In this document: positions 19,762 to 29,609 of the stretch, piece after piece
How positions within the stretch are numbered: position 1 is the first letter of the stretch
Layout: the number at the start of each line of letters is the position of its first letter
Origin: Planctomycetota bacterium
Lineage (GTDB): Bacteria; Planctomycetota; UBA8108; SXIK01
Direction of reading: 5' to 3'
NCBI GenBank assembly: GCA_965223265.1
Contig: OZ244999.1
Span: 3,872,001 to 3,936,000 of the forward strand
DNA: 64,000 nt
Notes under the pieces: model-generated
The model's database searches: none
What the model was told of the DNA's origin: nothing
The model's input: only the letters and a program-made list of their open reading frames with translations
Position numbers and translations under genes: made by a program

Positions 19762-20167
19762 CGACACAAGTTCCAAGGGTTCGAGTCGGAACGGTGGCGC
19801 ATTCCGAAAAAGAGGGCCATTCAAGAATAGGATGGCACGCGCAATGGCGTCAAATCGCGGTGGGAGTGTCTTGCGGGGTGGGGGAATGTGAGAGGAGGAG
19901 GGGGAGGAAACAGAGACAGACCCTACAGTTGCATAAACTTCTCGCCCGAAGACCTCAGAAGCCCTTGTTCTACGGCTCGATCGGCAGTTGGGGGACGTCG
20001 CGGCGAACGTCACGCTTGGTGAGGTTTGTCGATGTGCCGTGTTCTACCAATTCGGACCATCGACCGAACTGGCGTCCGTTGGTGACCCGCGTCCTCCACG
20101 CACGCGCACACGGAGAGGCTGTGAAGGTTTAACACGTGCCGTCAAAACTTGCGCTCCGCACGGTCAC

Positions 20168-20314
20168 CTCCGGAACGGCACACGGCGTGTGCCTGCTACT
20201 ATAAAGACGGCGCCGATACGCTCTTCAAAGTAGCAGGCACACGCCGTGTGCCGTTGCGGAGAGTTGCGATGGCAAGTTTCGAAAAATTCACAGCCTCGGA
20301 GTGTGCCTGCTACT
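20168..20314. repeat. REP-like palindromic element pair plus a partial third copy
   Basis: AACGGCACACGGCGTGTGCCTGCTACT (20174-20200) and its perfect reverse complement (20229-20255); partial copy CGGAGTGTGCCTGCTACT at 20297-20314. Confidence 0.9.
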
Positions 20315-20343
20315 TGAGCACTCGCACTCGCTCACGGTCTTGA

Positions 20344-20444
20344 AGTGTCTCTCTTTTGCAACATTGGGGACAGATACAGAGGACGAAGGCGGAGGCAGCG
20401 GGCGGAGGCGGAGACAGACCCCATTGTTGCAAAAGAGAAACACT
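20344..20444. repeat. Element of about 100 bp bounded by about 26-bp inverted repeats
   Basis: AGTGTCTCTCTTTTGCAACATTGGGG ... CCCCATTGTTGCAAAAGAGAAACACT (2 mismatches). Confidence 0.8.
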
Positions 20445-20518
20445 CTTAGGCCATGCGCGTTTGCGTTTACATGGGCGTGGGCGTGGATCCTCGAGCGCCT
20501 GCCGCTTCTCTGCTTGAT

Positions 20519-20581
20519 CTTCGCTTGCTTCTGTTCAAAATTCAAGAGATCAGAACAAGAGTTGAACAGAAGGAAGCCAAG
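20519..20581. repeat. Inverted repeat hairpin
   Basis: CTTCGCTTGCTTCTGTTCAA ... TTGAACAGAAGGAAGCCAAG. Confidence 0.75.
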
Positions 20582-20750
20582 TCAGCGAAGGACGACCGTC
20601 CAAAGGAACAGGCAACGTCGTGTGTCGTCTGGTCTGGCACACTACGAACAGATACAGAGGATGGAGGCGGAGGTAGAGGCAGAGGCCGAGGCACGCCGCT
20701 TTCGCGCGCACACGCGGTCACACACGAACTCGCACTCGCGCATCGGCCTA

Positions 20751-20912
20751 TCAGCCCGTTGAAAAAGTCATTCGGCCGAGAAACTGGCCTCTTCACGCCC
20801 AGCTCGACCGACGTCAATACTCGATAATCCCGAAGATTGCCTGCGTTTGCCGCGGCCGATCTGGAAGCGAAGCGACCAGTTTTCGACTCGAAGCACTATT
20901 TCAACAGGCTGC
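20751..20912. mobile_element. MITE-like element with IS-type terminal inverted repeats
   Basis: TCAGCCCGTTGAAAAAGT ... ACTATTTCAACAGGCTGC (15/18), flanked by TA on both sides; no transposase. Confidence 0.6.
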
Positions 20913-20918
20913 TATGGC

Positions 20919-20996
20919 ACGAGACACCCGCGCGACGAACGCGATGAGGTCATCGCAACGAAACACCCGCTCGACGAGCGCGACGAAGTCGTCGTC
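20919..20996. repeat. 39-bp tandem repeat, two copies
   Basis: ACGAGACACCCGCGCGACGAACGCGATGAGGTCATCGCA / ACGAAACACCCGCTCGACGAGCGCGACGAAGTCGTCGTC. Confidence 0.8.
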
Positions 20997-21064
20997 AGAG
21001 GCGGAGGGCGAAGCGCGGAGACGGTGCGGGTACGCGCTCCCTCACCGAGATGAATGGCGGTCGA

Positions 21065-22633
21065 TCACTCGACTCCCCGCGTCTTCAGAAAAGCCTTCAC
21101 CTGGCCGTCAACAACTAGCTTCTTGACGCCGATCTTTCGCGCCACCTTTGCCGTTTCGTCGACCGAGACACCGTGTTCGTCGCCCATGTAGAGAGACCAA
21201 AGCCCCCAGACGCGATTGCCGTTTGAGCCGTGAATCAACACGGGTTTCGGTGCCTGCCGCAGCGTTTCGAGGAAGAGCTTCATGCGCGCGTCGTCGAGAT
21301 TCGCGGGCGCGACCGGAATGTGAAAGTACTTAAAGCCGATCGATTCTGCCGCCACGTCTTCATCGAATCCCAGCCCACCAAGCTCGCGTTTCATACGGAC
21401 GTTGATCACACTCTTGATCCCCAAACCCCACGCGTCTTCAAGGTCTGGCTGAGCCGGCTGTCCAGTGAGGTGAAAATCTCCGAGGCGATGCGACACGCCT
21501 CGCAGGACACCGACTTCAGATTTGACCGGCATCAACGCCTGCGGCCAAACGCCGGGCTTCGCGCTCTTTTTCGTCGCTGGTTTCTTCGCGTCCGAGACGA
21601 CCGCTGGAGCGGGAGCGACGGGGCGCGCGGCGGCTACGCGCGCGGCGGCGCTACTCGCATACGGCACGCCACGCCCCGCTTCCTTGACGGCTGCGTTCCA
21701 TGTTCGTATTCCGAGGTCACGCAGAACCAGCGCCTGCGCCCACCGATCGGAGAGCTCTTCTCCTGACTCATTCACGATGCTATACGGCGGCGGCCCCAGC
21801 TCGCTCTTGAACACGAAGACATCACCGGGACCGGCGCCCCGCAGCCAGCTCACCATGGCCGTTTTCCACCAGCGCGCAAAGCGTGCCGCATGTTCGTTGT
21901 CGCCACTTGGTCCGACGTCAATCTGTACCTGTTGACCGTTCCCAACGCGGCCGTCTAACATGCCCGTGCGTGCCAAAACCGCATCGAACACCTCAGCGAT
22001 GCGGCCGCGTGCCACGCCACCGACACTGTACGACACGACGAAATGCGACAGGTCGGCATGAAATTGAATCGAGTCGATGGTGCGGGCCCACTCACCGGTA
22101 AGGAGGAGATCCTGAGTGATTGAGCCGCGGTGCGTCTCGACGTAAAACGGCATCTTCGCCTCGCGCGCCAGCACCATCATGGCGCGAATCTTAGCGGCTC
22201 CCTCGTCATAGGTCACGAAAGTGGGGCGAATCATCGCAACGAGGGCTCGAGCGTCCATCCGCTTCGCAGCGCTGAGAGCGACATGTAGATCCTCGCCGCT
22301 ACTCGGGGCACACTGCAGTGTCAGCGCCAGGTTGTGTTTCTGTGCGAGGGCTCGGTATTCGTCCTGATCAGACTCTGCGCTGGGAAGAAAAACCATAAAG
22401 CCGTCGAACGGAGCACCGGCGATGCGAGCCACTTGTTGTTCGCGGTTCCAAGCTGGAGCGCCGCGCGGCAGCCCGCCCATGGCCCAGATCGCCTGCTCGA
22501 CCTCAAGTCGCGGCGGCGATTCACTGCCATCGTTGATCCACTGCGGTGCGGCGGTGAGCTCGCCTCGCGGCGAGATCCAAAGGGCAAACACAAGAAACGT
22601 CAGAGCAGCGCGGAAGAGGGATAGGTAGTACAT
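21065..22633 (-). CDS. Sugar-phosphate isomerase/epimerase-like TIM barrel fused to a DUF442/PTP-like domain
   Basis: Signal peptide; ETHRG...DLSHF TIM-barrel motifs; C-terminal GQP...GIKSVINVR...HIPV...PVLIHGSNGNR. Confidence 0.75.
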   Translation of the reverse strand: MYYLSLFRAALTFLVFALWISPRGELTAAPQWINDGSESPPRLEVEQAIWAMGGLPRGAPAWNREQQVARIAGAPFDGFMVFLPSAESDQDEYRALAQKHNLALTLQCAPSSGEDLHVALSAAKRMDARALVAMIRPTFVTYDEGAAKIRAMMVLAREAKMPFYVETHRGSITQDLLLTGEWARTIDSIQFHADLSHFVVSYSVGGVARGRIAEVFDAVLARTGMLDGRVGNGQQVQIDVGPSGDNEHAARFARWWKTAMVSWLRGAGPGDVFVFKSELGPPPYSIVNESGEELSDRWAQALVLRDLGIRTWNAAVKEAGRGVPYASSAAARVAAARPVAPAPAVVSDAKKPATKKSAKPGVWPQALMPVKSEVGVLRGVSHRLGDFHLTGQPAQPDLEDAWGLGIKSVINVRMKRELGGLGFDEDVAAESIGFKYFHIPVAPANLDDARMKLFLETLRQAPKPVLIHGSNGNRVWGLWSLYMGDEHGVSVDETAKVARKIGVKKLVVDGQVKAFLKTRGVE

Positions 22634-23023
22634 GGAAGTTCGCGAGTTTGAGCGGATTGATTCGAGAGCAGCGACCGTGAACGACAAGGTGGGATCGGCA
22701 GGCCAGGCGTCTGCGCACGGCAGCCATTGCTAAAGGCTGCCGGTCGGTTCCCGTCTGGAGCGACCGCGGCGTGCGCGCTTTTCCTGGTGGTCGAGAACGA
22801 CGCTGGCTGGCCGGGCATGAAGAGGCTCGGCCTTCGGCCGAATGACGATTGATCAACAGCAATAGCCTACCATGGCGCCATCAGGGTTGCAGCGGCGTGG
22901 ACTGGCGATTTCGCGGCGCAAACCCCTTGAGCCTGCCGCGTGGGTCGCGGATCATGCTACAAAGTCTCAGACCCGGCAAGCTGAACGTGACGTCCCTTCG
23001 CCGTGGACCTGCAAAGGAGAATC

Positions 23024-23605
23024 ATGGGCGCCAAAAAGATCCTACTGCTCGCCGGCGACTTCGTGGAAGACTACGAAATCATGGTTCCGTTTCAGACCCT
23101 GCAGACGGTGGGGCACACGGTGCACGCGGTGTGCCCTGGCAAGCGGGCCGGCGAGTCGGTCCGCACTGCGATTCATGACTTTGAAGGTGACCAGACATAT
23201 AGCGAAAAACCTGGCCATAACTTCTCGCTGAATTCCGACTTCGACGCGGTCGAACCGAGTGATTTCGACGCGCTGGTGATTCCGGGTGGTCGTGCGCCCG
23301 AGTACCTTCGATTGGATGCCAAAGTCCTGGAGGTCGTCCGCCACTTCGTGACCGGCAACAAGCCCGTCGCGGCGATCTGTCACGCCGCCCAGCTCCTCGC
23401 AGCCGCCGGCGTGCTGGAAGGACGACGATGCGCGTCGTACCCCGCATGCGCACCGGAAGTTCGGGCGGCTGGTGGCGAGTATGTGGAACTGGCGATGGAC
23501 CAAGCTCACGTCGACGGCCAACTGGTCACCGCGCCGGCGTGGCCGGCGCATCCTGCTTGGCTGCAAAAGTTCTTGGCGGTGTTGGGGACGAATATCCAGC
23601 CATGA
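23024..23605 (+). CDS. DJ-1/PfpI family protein
   Basis: [31 protein letters not shown]; AAGGAG RBS. Confidence 0.93.
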   Translation: MGAKKILLLAGDFVEDYEIMVPFQTLQTVGHTVHAVCPGKRAGESVRTAIHDFEGDQTYSEKPGHNFSLNSDFDAVEPSDFDALVIPGGRAPEYLRLDAKVLEVVRHFVTGNKPVAAICHAAQLLAAAGVLEGRRCASYPACAPEVRAAGGEYVELAMDQAHVDGQLVTAPAWPAHPAWLQKFLAVLGTNIQP

Positions 23606-23648
23606 TCTTGTATCAGTCCGTAGATCTTCATCGAAACAGAGGAGAGAC

Positions 23649-24806
23649 ATGATGCGTCATGCGCACACGACTGCACGCCGCCCGTGGCACGCAGCAGCGA
23701 CGATCGGCTGGTTGGTGCTAGGATCGGTCTGCCTTCCTGCCTGCAGGTCCATCAACATAACGATTTCCGAAGCGACGTTCGGAGAAACTGGCGATGGCGA
23801 GATCGTCAAGTCGTTCACGATCGTTAACTCAAACGGCGTCAAAGCGAAGCTCATCACCTACGGCGCACTCCTCACAGAGCTACATGTGCCGGATAAGACA
23901 GGTGCTCATGGCGACGTCGTGCTCGGCTTCCACGACCTGTCCAGCTATCTCAAGGGACATCCGTTCTTCGGTTGCACTACTGGTCGATTCGCCAACCGCA
24001 TAGCGAAAGGGCGGTTCACACTGGACGGCGTCGAGTACGCCCTCGCAACGAACAACAACACGAACCACCTCCACGGCGGCGACAAGGGGCTCGACAAACG
24101 CATCTGGACGGCGGAGATCGTCGCGTCTGGCCGTTACCCAGGGATACGCTTCCGTTACTTAAGCCCCGACGGCGAAGAAGGCTATCCGGGCAACCTGGAC
24201 GTCAGCGTCACCTATACCCTGACCGACGACGATGAGATACGAATCGACTACACCGCAACGACCGATCGACCGACTCCTGTCAACCTAACGCACCATTCGT
24301 ACTTCAACCTTGCCGGCGCGCTCAGCGGTCGTGACGTCCTCGGGCACCGCATGATGGTGGCGGCCAGCCATTTTACCCCAGTCGACGCGGAGAGCATCCC
24401 GACCGGCGAGATCCGTCCGGTGACGGCTTCGGCGATGGATTTCACAGACCCCGTCGCGATCGGAGCTCGCATCGAAGAAGTCTCTGGGGGCTACGACCAC
24501 AACTACGTCCTCGACGGCGACATCGGCGACCTCAAACTCGCGGCACGCGTCGAAGAGCCAGAGAGCGGTCGCGTCATGGAGGTTTTCACAACAGAGCCGG
24601 GGCTGCAAATCTATACCGGCAACTATTTGGATGGTTCGATTCAGGGCAAAGGGGGCGTCGCCTACCAGCGCCACGCCGGACTCTGCTTGGAGGCCCAGCA
24701 CTTTCCCGATTCCGTCAACCACAAAAACTTCCCATCAACCATCCTCCGCCCCGGAGAAACCTACAAGCAAACAACGGTTTACAAGTTTTCGGCAAACAAC
24801 GATTGA
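23649..24806 (+). CDS. galM: Aldose 1-epimerase (galactose mutarotase), possibly a lipoprotein
   Basis: GRFANRI, NHLHGG, EEGYPG, NLTHHSYFNL, GYDHNY, CLEAQHFPD; LPAC lipobox-like; GAGGAG RBS. Confidence 0.92.
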   Translation: MMRHAHTTARRPWHAAATIGWLVLGSVCLPACRSINITISEATFGETGDGEIVKSFTIVNSNGVKAKLITYGALLTELHVPDKTGAHGDVVLGFHDLSSYLKGHPFFGCTTGRFANRIAKGRFTLDGVEYALATNNNTNHLHGGDKGLDKRIWTAEIVASGRYPGIRFRYLSPDGEEGYPGNLDVSVTYTLTDDDEIRIDYTATTDRPTPVNLTHHSYFNLAGALSGRDVLGHRMMVAASHFTPVDAESIPTGEIRPVTASAMDFTDPVAIGARIEEVSGGYDHNYVLDGDIGDLKLAARVEEPESGRVMEVFTTEPGLQIYTGNYLDGSIQGKGGVAYQRHAGLCLEAQHFPDSVNHKNFPSTILRPGETYKQTTVYKFSANND

Positions 24807-25027
24807 TCGTCTGTGGAAACAGCGCGAGGTCGCCTCGGCAGGCTTCGAGACGAAAACGCGGCAGCCACATTCACCGCATTCCGTCGCTGAAAGGAGCGGG
24901 CGCCCCGCAGCGTGCCAGCGCGTGGATCCTCAGCACGGCAATAGTGCGAATCGGCTCGAACGATCGAACGGACTGATCACACCCAAAATCCAGCACATCA
25001 AAGCTACAGACGAGCGAAAGGCGAACG

Positions 25028-26398
25028 ATGGATAGAATCACGCGCAGGAGCTTCCTGAACCGCTCGGCGAGCGCTGCCGTCACGCTCGGCGCCACGACAG
25101 TCGCGGGTCGCGCTCTCAGTGGCGTCGGAGCCAACGAAAAGGTACGACTCGCGGCGATTGGCGTCGGTGGTCGCTGCTCATCTCTCATTCGAGGTTTTCT
25201 CGAACGCGGCGATTGCGAGTTCGTGACATTCTGTGACGTCAATCCCAAGCGCGATCGTCTGCTCAGGTCCCTCGAACACGTAAAGAAAACGCAAGCGGCT
25301 GCGGCGCGTTACGACCAAGACTACCGGAGAGTCCTCGACGACCGCTCCATCGATGCCGTGGTCGTAGCAACACCTGATCACTGGCACGGACCGATGACGA
25401 TCTTCGCATGCCAGGCTGGCAAAGACGTCTACGTCGAGAAACCGCCTTCTCACAACGTGTGGGAGGGACGCAAGATGGTGGAGGCGGCGAGACGCTACGG
25501 ACGGGTCGTGCAAGCAGGGACGCAGAACCGCAGCGCCCCGTACCTGCGCCGTGCTCTCGAGTTGATCCGCGGCGGCGCACTCGGCGACATTCGAATTTGC
25601 AAAGTGTTCAACATGAAGCCAGGGTCTGCGTACCGCAAAGGTCCCAACGGCACGCCGCCCACCGGAATGGACTACGACACTTGGCTCGGCCCTGCATCGG
25701 CGCGTCCCTACAACGAAAGTGTTGTCTATGGTGGTCGCGGACACGGGGTCAAGGGCTGGCACCACGAGTGGGACTTCTCTGGCGGGGACATGGCTGACGA
25801 TGGAGTCCACCAGCTCGACATCGCTCGGTGGCTCACCGGCCAGGAGTTTCCCAAGAGTGTCTATGCCACCGGCGGAAACCTGGCATTCGACGACGACCGC
25901 GAAGTCCCAGACACGCAGATCGTCAACTACGATTTCAACGGCATGGTGATGACGTTCGAGTTGTCACAATTCACCCCGTACATGCGCAAAACAAACGGTG
26001 CCACACGCGGCGGTGATCTGTTTCCTCACTGGACCACGAATGCAACTCGGATCGAACTCTACGGAACCAAAAACCTCATGCTCGTCGGTCGCCACGGGGG
26101 TGGCTGGCAAATCCTGAGTCAGAGCGGCGAGGTCATCGATCAGCAGTTCGGCCGCATTCCGGATGCGCCTCACAAGGAGAACTTCATCAGCTGCGTGAAA
26201 AGCCGCTGTCGGCCGAACGCCGACATTGAGGAAGGACACAGAAGCGCGGCACTGGTGCATCTCGCAAACATCGCCTACCGGGTGGGGCGCAAGCTGGAGT
26301 TCGACCGCGAGAGCGAGACTTGCCGTGGAGATTCTGCAGCAAACGGCCTCATCAAGCGCGACTATCGCCGGGAGTTTTCCGTCCCCAGCGTCGTATAG
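25028..26398 (+). CDS. Gfo/Idh/MocA oxidoreductase with Tat signal
   Basis: TRRSFL, GVGGR, VATPDHWH, YVEKP, GTQNRS. Confidence 0.92.
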   Translation: MDRITRRSFLNRSASAAVTLGATTVAGRALSGVGANEKVRLAAIGVGGRCSSLIRGFLERGDCEFVTFCDVNPKRDRLLRSLEHVKKTQAAAARYDQDYRRVLDDRSIDAVVVATPDHWHGPMTIFACQAGKDVYVEKPPSHNVWEGRKMVEAARRYGRVVQAGTQNRSAPYLRRALELIRGGALGDIRICKVFNMKPGSAYRKGPNGTPPTGMDYDTWLGPASARPYNESVVYGGRGHGVKGWHHEWDFSGGDMADDGVHQLDIARWLTGQEFPKSVYATGGNLAFDDDREVPDTQIVNYDFNGMVMTFELSQFTPYMRKTNGATRGGDLFPHWTTNATRIELYGTKNLMLVGRHGGGWQILSQSGEVIDQQFGRIPDAPHKENFISCVKSRCRPNADIEEGHRSAALVHLANIAYRVGRKLEFDRESETCRGDSAANGLIKRDYRREFSVPSVV

Positions 26399-26885
26399 CC
26401 TCGAGTTTGGCGCGGCGAACGAGACACGATTTCAGGGCGGCGCAGACTTGGAGCGACCAGAGACTCGGGCGAACCGGGTCCCTTCGGCAGATCAATCGTA
26501 CGCAAGCAATCCTCGAGTGTCGAAGATCGACGCCTCCTCTCGGCTCAATGCGATTTCCAATCACTGCTGAGGAAGCGATTCCCGTGCGCCGGCTAGCGGT
26601 GCGGAAAAGTCCGCAATCGACGCGCCCGACGCTTCAAAACGACTGGGTTGGCGCTGAGTCAGCTCAGTGTTTGGGAGGTCACGCTGCAGGTCGACTGCCC
26701 TGCCCACGCCGCGACACGGCCGACAATCCAGCTCGCCCGCCGTTGCAGAGGACGCTGGAAGTCTATATGTTATGAGGTGCCTCTCGGCGCCACCACGCCG
26801 CGTCTGCATCAGAAGCTCCATAGAGGCTTTACGTGTCGCAGGCACAGCTCTCGAACGTCGACCTAGAGTAGGAGAAACCTTTCGC

Positions 26886-28205
26886 ATGACACAGAAGACT
26901 CAACGTACCAACCGCCGGAACTTCCTGAAGGCCACGGCGGCCACTGGTGTCGGTTTCTGGATGGGAACCTCCTCTTCTCTATACGCCGCTCCCAAGTCTG
27001 CCAACGAAAAGCTCAACATCGGCGTGATCGGCGCAGGCGGCAAGGGGTACGGCGACATGCGAGGGGTCAGCAGCGAGAACATCGTCGCGCTTTGCGACGT
27101 CGATGAGAGTCGCGCCGCGAAGTCGTTCGCTGACAATCCGAAAGCCAACAAGTACCACGACTACCGCAAGATGCTCGACATGGAGAAGCTCGACGCAGTC
27201 ACCGTGTCGACTCCCGATCATAGCCACGCGCCGGCGAGCGTCCGCGCGATGCAGCTTGGTCTCCATGTCTTCTGCCAGAAGCCGCTGACCTACTCTGTGT
27301 ACGAGGCTCGCTTACTGCGCGATCTAGCACGCAAGTACAACGTCGCGACCCAAATGGGAAATCAAGGCACCTCGAGCAAGGGACTTCGAGAAGGCGTGGA
27401 GGTGATTCAATCCGGAGCCATCGGAAACGTCACGCAGATCCACGTCTGGACAAACCGACCGGTGTGGCCGCAGGGAATTCCGCGTCCGGCCCCGGAGCAA
27501 GTGCCTCCACACCTCAAGTGGAATCTTTGGCTTGGGCCGGCCGAGGAGCGCCTCTACAACAAAGCCTACTGCCCATTCAGCTGGAGAGGTTGGGTGGACT
27601 TCGGCACTGGCGCCCTCGGCGACATGGCGTGCCACACCGCAAACCTGCCGTTCATGGCCTTGCAGCTCGAGCACCCGACGCGCGTCGAGGTGCTGGATCT
27701 CAAGGGCAACTTGGGCGACAGCTATCCGACGGGCTCCAAGATCCAGTACGACTTCCCGGCGCGCGGTAATCTGCCAGCCCTGAAGTACTACTGGTACGAT
27801 GGCGGCATGCGCCCGCCGGCCGAGCTGACCGAACCGTTCGGTGAAATCACTTCGAGTGGATCACTGATGGTGGGGGACGGCGGCAGCATGTACTCGCCGG
27901 GCGACTACGGCACGGAATACGTCCTGGCGCCAACCGAGAAGTTCGCTGAGTACAAGCCACCGACCCCGACACTACCGCGTTCTCCCGGCCACTACAAAGA
28001 GTGGCTCATTGCCTGTAAAGGCGGCGAGCGCGCCATGTCGAACTTCGACTACGCGGCCCTGCTCACCGAGACGATTCTGCTCGGCAACGTCGCTATGCGG
28101 GCTGGCCGCCCGATCGAATGGGACGGCCCGCGACTGCGCGTCAAGAACGATCCCCGCGCGGATCAGTTCATCACTCGGACATACCGCAAGGGCTTCGAAG
28201 TGTGA
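26886..28205 (+). CDS. Gfo/Idh/MocA oxidoreductase with Tat signal
   Basis: NRRNFLK, GAGGKG, STPDHSH, CQKPL, QMGNQG, GALGDMACH; AGGAG RBS. Confidence 0.92.
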   Translation: MTQKTQRTNRRNFLKATAATGVGFWMGTSSSLYAAPKSANEKLNIGVIGAGGKGYGDMRGVSSENIVALCDVDESRAAKSFADNPKANKYHDYRKMLDMEKLDAVTVSTPDHSHAPASVRAMQLGLHVFCQKPLTYSVYEARLLRDLARKYNVATQMGNQGTSSKGLREGVEVIQSGAIGNVTQIHVWTNRPVWPQGIPRPAPEQVPPHLKWNLWLGPAEERLYNKAYCPFSWRGWVDFGTGALGDMACHTANLPFMALQLEHPTRVEVLDLKGNLGDSYPTGSKIQYDFPARGNLPALKYYWYDGGMRPPAELTEPFGEITSSGSLMVGDGGSMYSPGDYGTEYVLAPTEKFAEYKPPTPTLPRSPGHYKEWLIACKGGERAMSNFDYAALLTETILLGNVAMRAGRPIEWDGPRLRVKNDPRADQFITRTYRKGFEV

Positions 28206-28237
28206 TACCGCGCTGTTGAGACTGAAATTCTGAAACA

Positions 28238-28280
28238 AAAAAGGACGGAGTCATCCCTCGTAGGTGACTCCGTCCTTTTT
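28238..28280. terminator. Bidirectional Rho-independent terminator
   Basis: AAAAAGGACGGAGTCA-loop-TGACTCCGTCCTTTTT between convergent genes. Confidence 0.9.
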
Positions 28281-28327
28281 CGTTTGCGCGTCCGCGTTAG
28301 AATGCTCCGCGATGCGCCGAATCGGCG

Positions 28328-29398
28328 TCAGACCGACGGCTGGCCCTCGCGCGCCTTCGCCTCGATCTCGTCGGCCGTGGAGAACTCGTTCCAGTACTCC
28401 TCGGGCATATCGAGTGCAATCTTCAGGGCACCGTTCGAACCCGCATACTGAGGCTCCTCGACGGTCGTGACCTTGCCACCGCCGTACTCCTTGAGAGCCT
28501 CCTCGATCGCCAAACCAAGGCCCTTGAGCTGACTGCCTCCTCCACCGAGGAGGATGTTGTCGCGCATTTTCGCCTGGAACTCAGGGTCGTACGTGGCAAC
28601 AAGATCTTGCAGCTTCTCGACCGTCGGCGGCACGATGGTGTAGCACGCTTCGTAGATCAAATCGGTGACGTCGAATTCCTGCGGCTTACCAGCCACCGGC
28701 ATCGTTACCGTCGCCCGATCCATGTTGCGACTCACGGAGGAGTATTTCTCTTTGAAAGTCCGCGCCATGTTGATCGTGAGCTGGGCGTCGGGATGCTTCT
28801 CTTGGATCAGCTTCAGTAGCGTCTCGTCGACCTTGTCGCCTGCGACTTCATGGCTGCGCTGATCATCTGGACCAGGCATTGTGCCGTGGACACGGCAGAG
28901 GTCAGTAGTACCGGCACCCAGATCGATAACCAGGGTGTCGTCGAGGAAGTCAAGACCGTAAGCGACGGCGAACGGCTCCGAGCAAATGATCACGCTGTCT
29001 GTGCAGTTCGAGGAGACTTCGAGGATCGTCGACTTACCTTCTACGCTCGCCTCAGCGGGCGCGCCGATGACCGCAAAGAGTGTGCTCCCCGCGGGAGCCT
29101 GCGCGAGGCCAATCGCGTGCTCGAGCAGGTCCTTGAGCGCGCGCTTGCGCTCGGATGAGTCCGTCGCACCTTTCACCTTGATGGATCCGCCGGCGAGCGG
29201 GCGCACCAGGTTCAGAGACATCCGGTTCTCGACGGCTTCCTTGCCGTAGATGACGTCTCGACCACCGAACTTCTTCTTGGCGACGTGATCCTTCGGGTAG
29301 CCGACGTACGACCACACGGTCTCACGTACGCCAGTCGACGTCGTAATCGACGTTCGACTCGTACCAAGATCAATTCCCAAGTAAATCGTCTCTGACAT
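28328..29398 (-). CDS. MamK/Mad28-family actin-like protein
   Basis: LGIDLGTS, VGYPKD, VIGAPA, SEPFAVAYGL, IDLGAGTTD, GT.PGP.DQ, GGGS, GAL.IA...P..YW all line up with MamK rather than MreB; GGAGG RBS. Confidence 0.88.
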   Translation of the reverse strand: MSETIYLGIDLGTSRTSITTSTGVRETVWSYVGYPKDHVAKKKFGGRDVIYGKEAVENRMSLNLVRPLAGGSIKVKGATDSSERKRALKDLLEHAIGLAQAPAGSTLFAVIGAPAEASVEGKSTILEVSSNCTDSVIICSEPFAVAYGLDFLDDTLVIDLGAGTTDLCRVHGTMPGPDDQRSHEVAGDKVDETLLKLIQEKHPDAQLTINMARTFKEKYSSVSRNMDRATVTMPVAGKPQEFDVTDLIYEACYTIVPPTVEKLQDLVATYDPEFQAKMRDNILLGGGGSQLKGLGLAIEEALKEYGGGKVTTVEEPQYAGSNGALKIALDMPEEYWNEFSTADEIEAKAREGQPSV

Positions 29399-29609
29399 AA
29401 ACCGGTCCTCCAGCGGGGTTGAACTACGCGTCGACGGTGATTGCGCGAGACGTTGCGCTTTCCCTCTACGGAGAAGAATGCCATCAAACCCCAGACTGTC
29501 ACCCCGACCTGGCGATAATCTCGCCCTTCATGCCCGATCCGGAGTTAGCTCGTGCCGACGCGGGCGTACCGAAGATCGAAAGTGGAAGCAGCTTACGCTT
29601 GACCTTCAC

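Noticed and set aside
19860-21000. CRISPR array
   Set aside because: The repeats are inverted and heterogeneous, with no regular repeat-spacer period and no cas genes.
12919-21000. tRNA-integrated genomic island
   Set aside because: No integrase is present, no duplicated tRNA 3' end was seen, and the terminator is directly attached to the tRNA.
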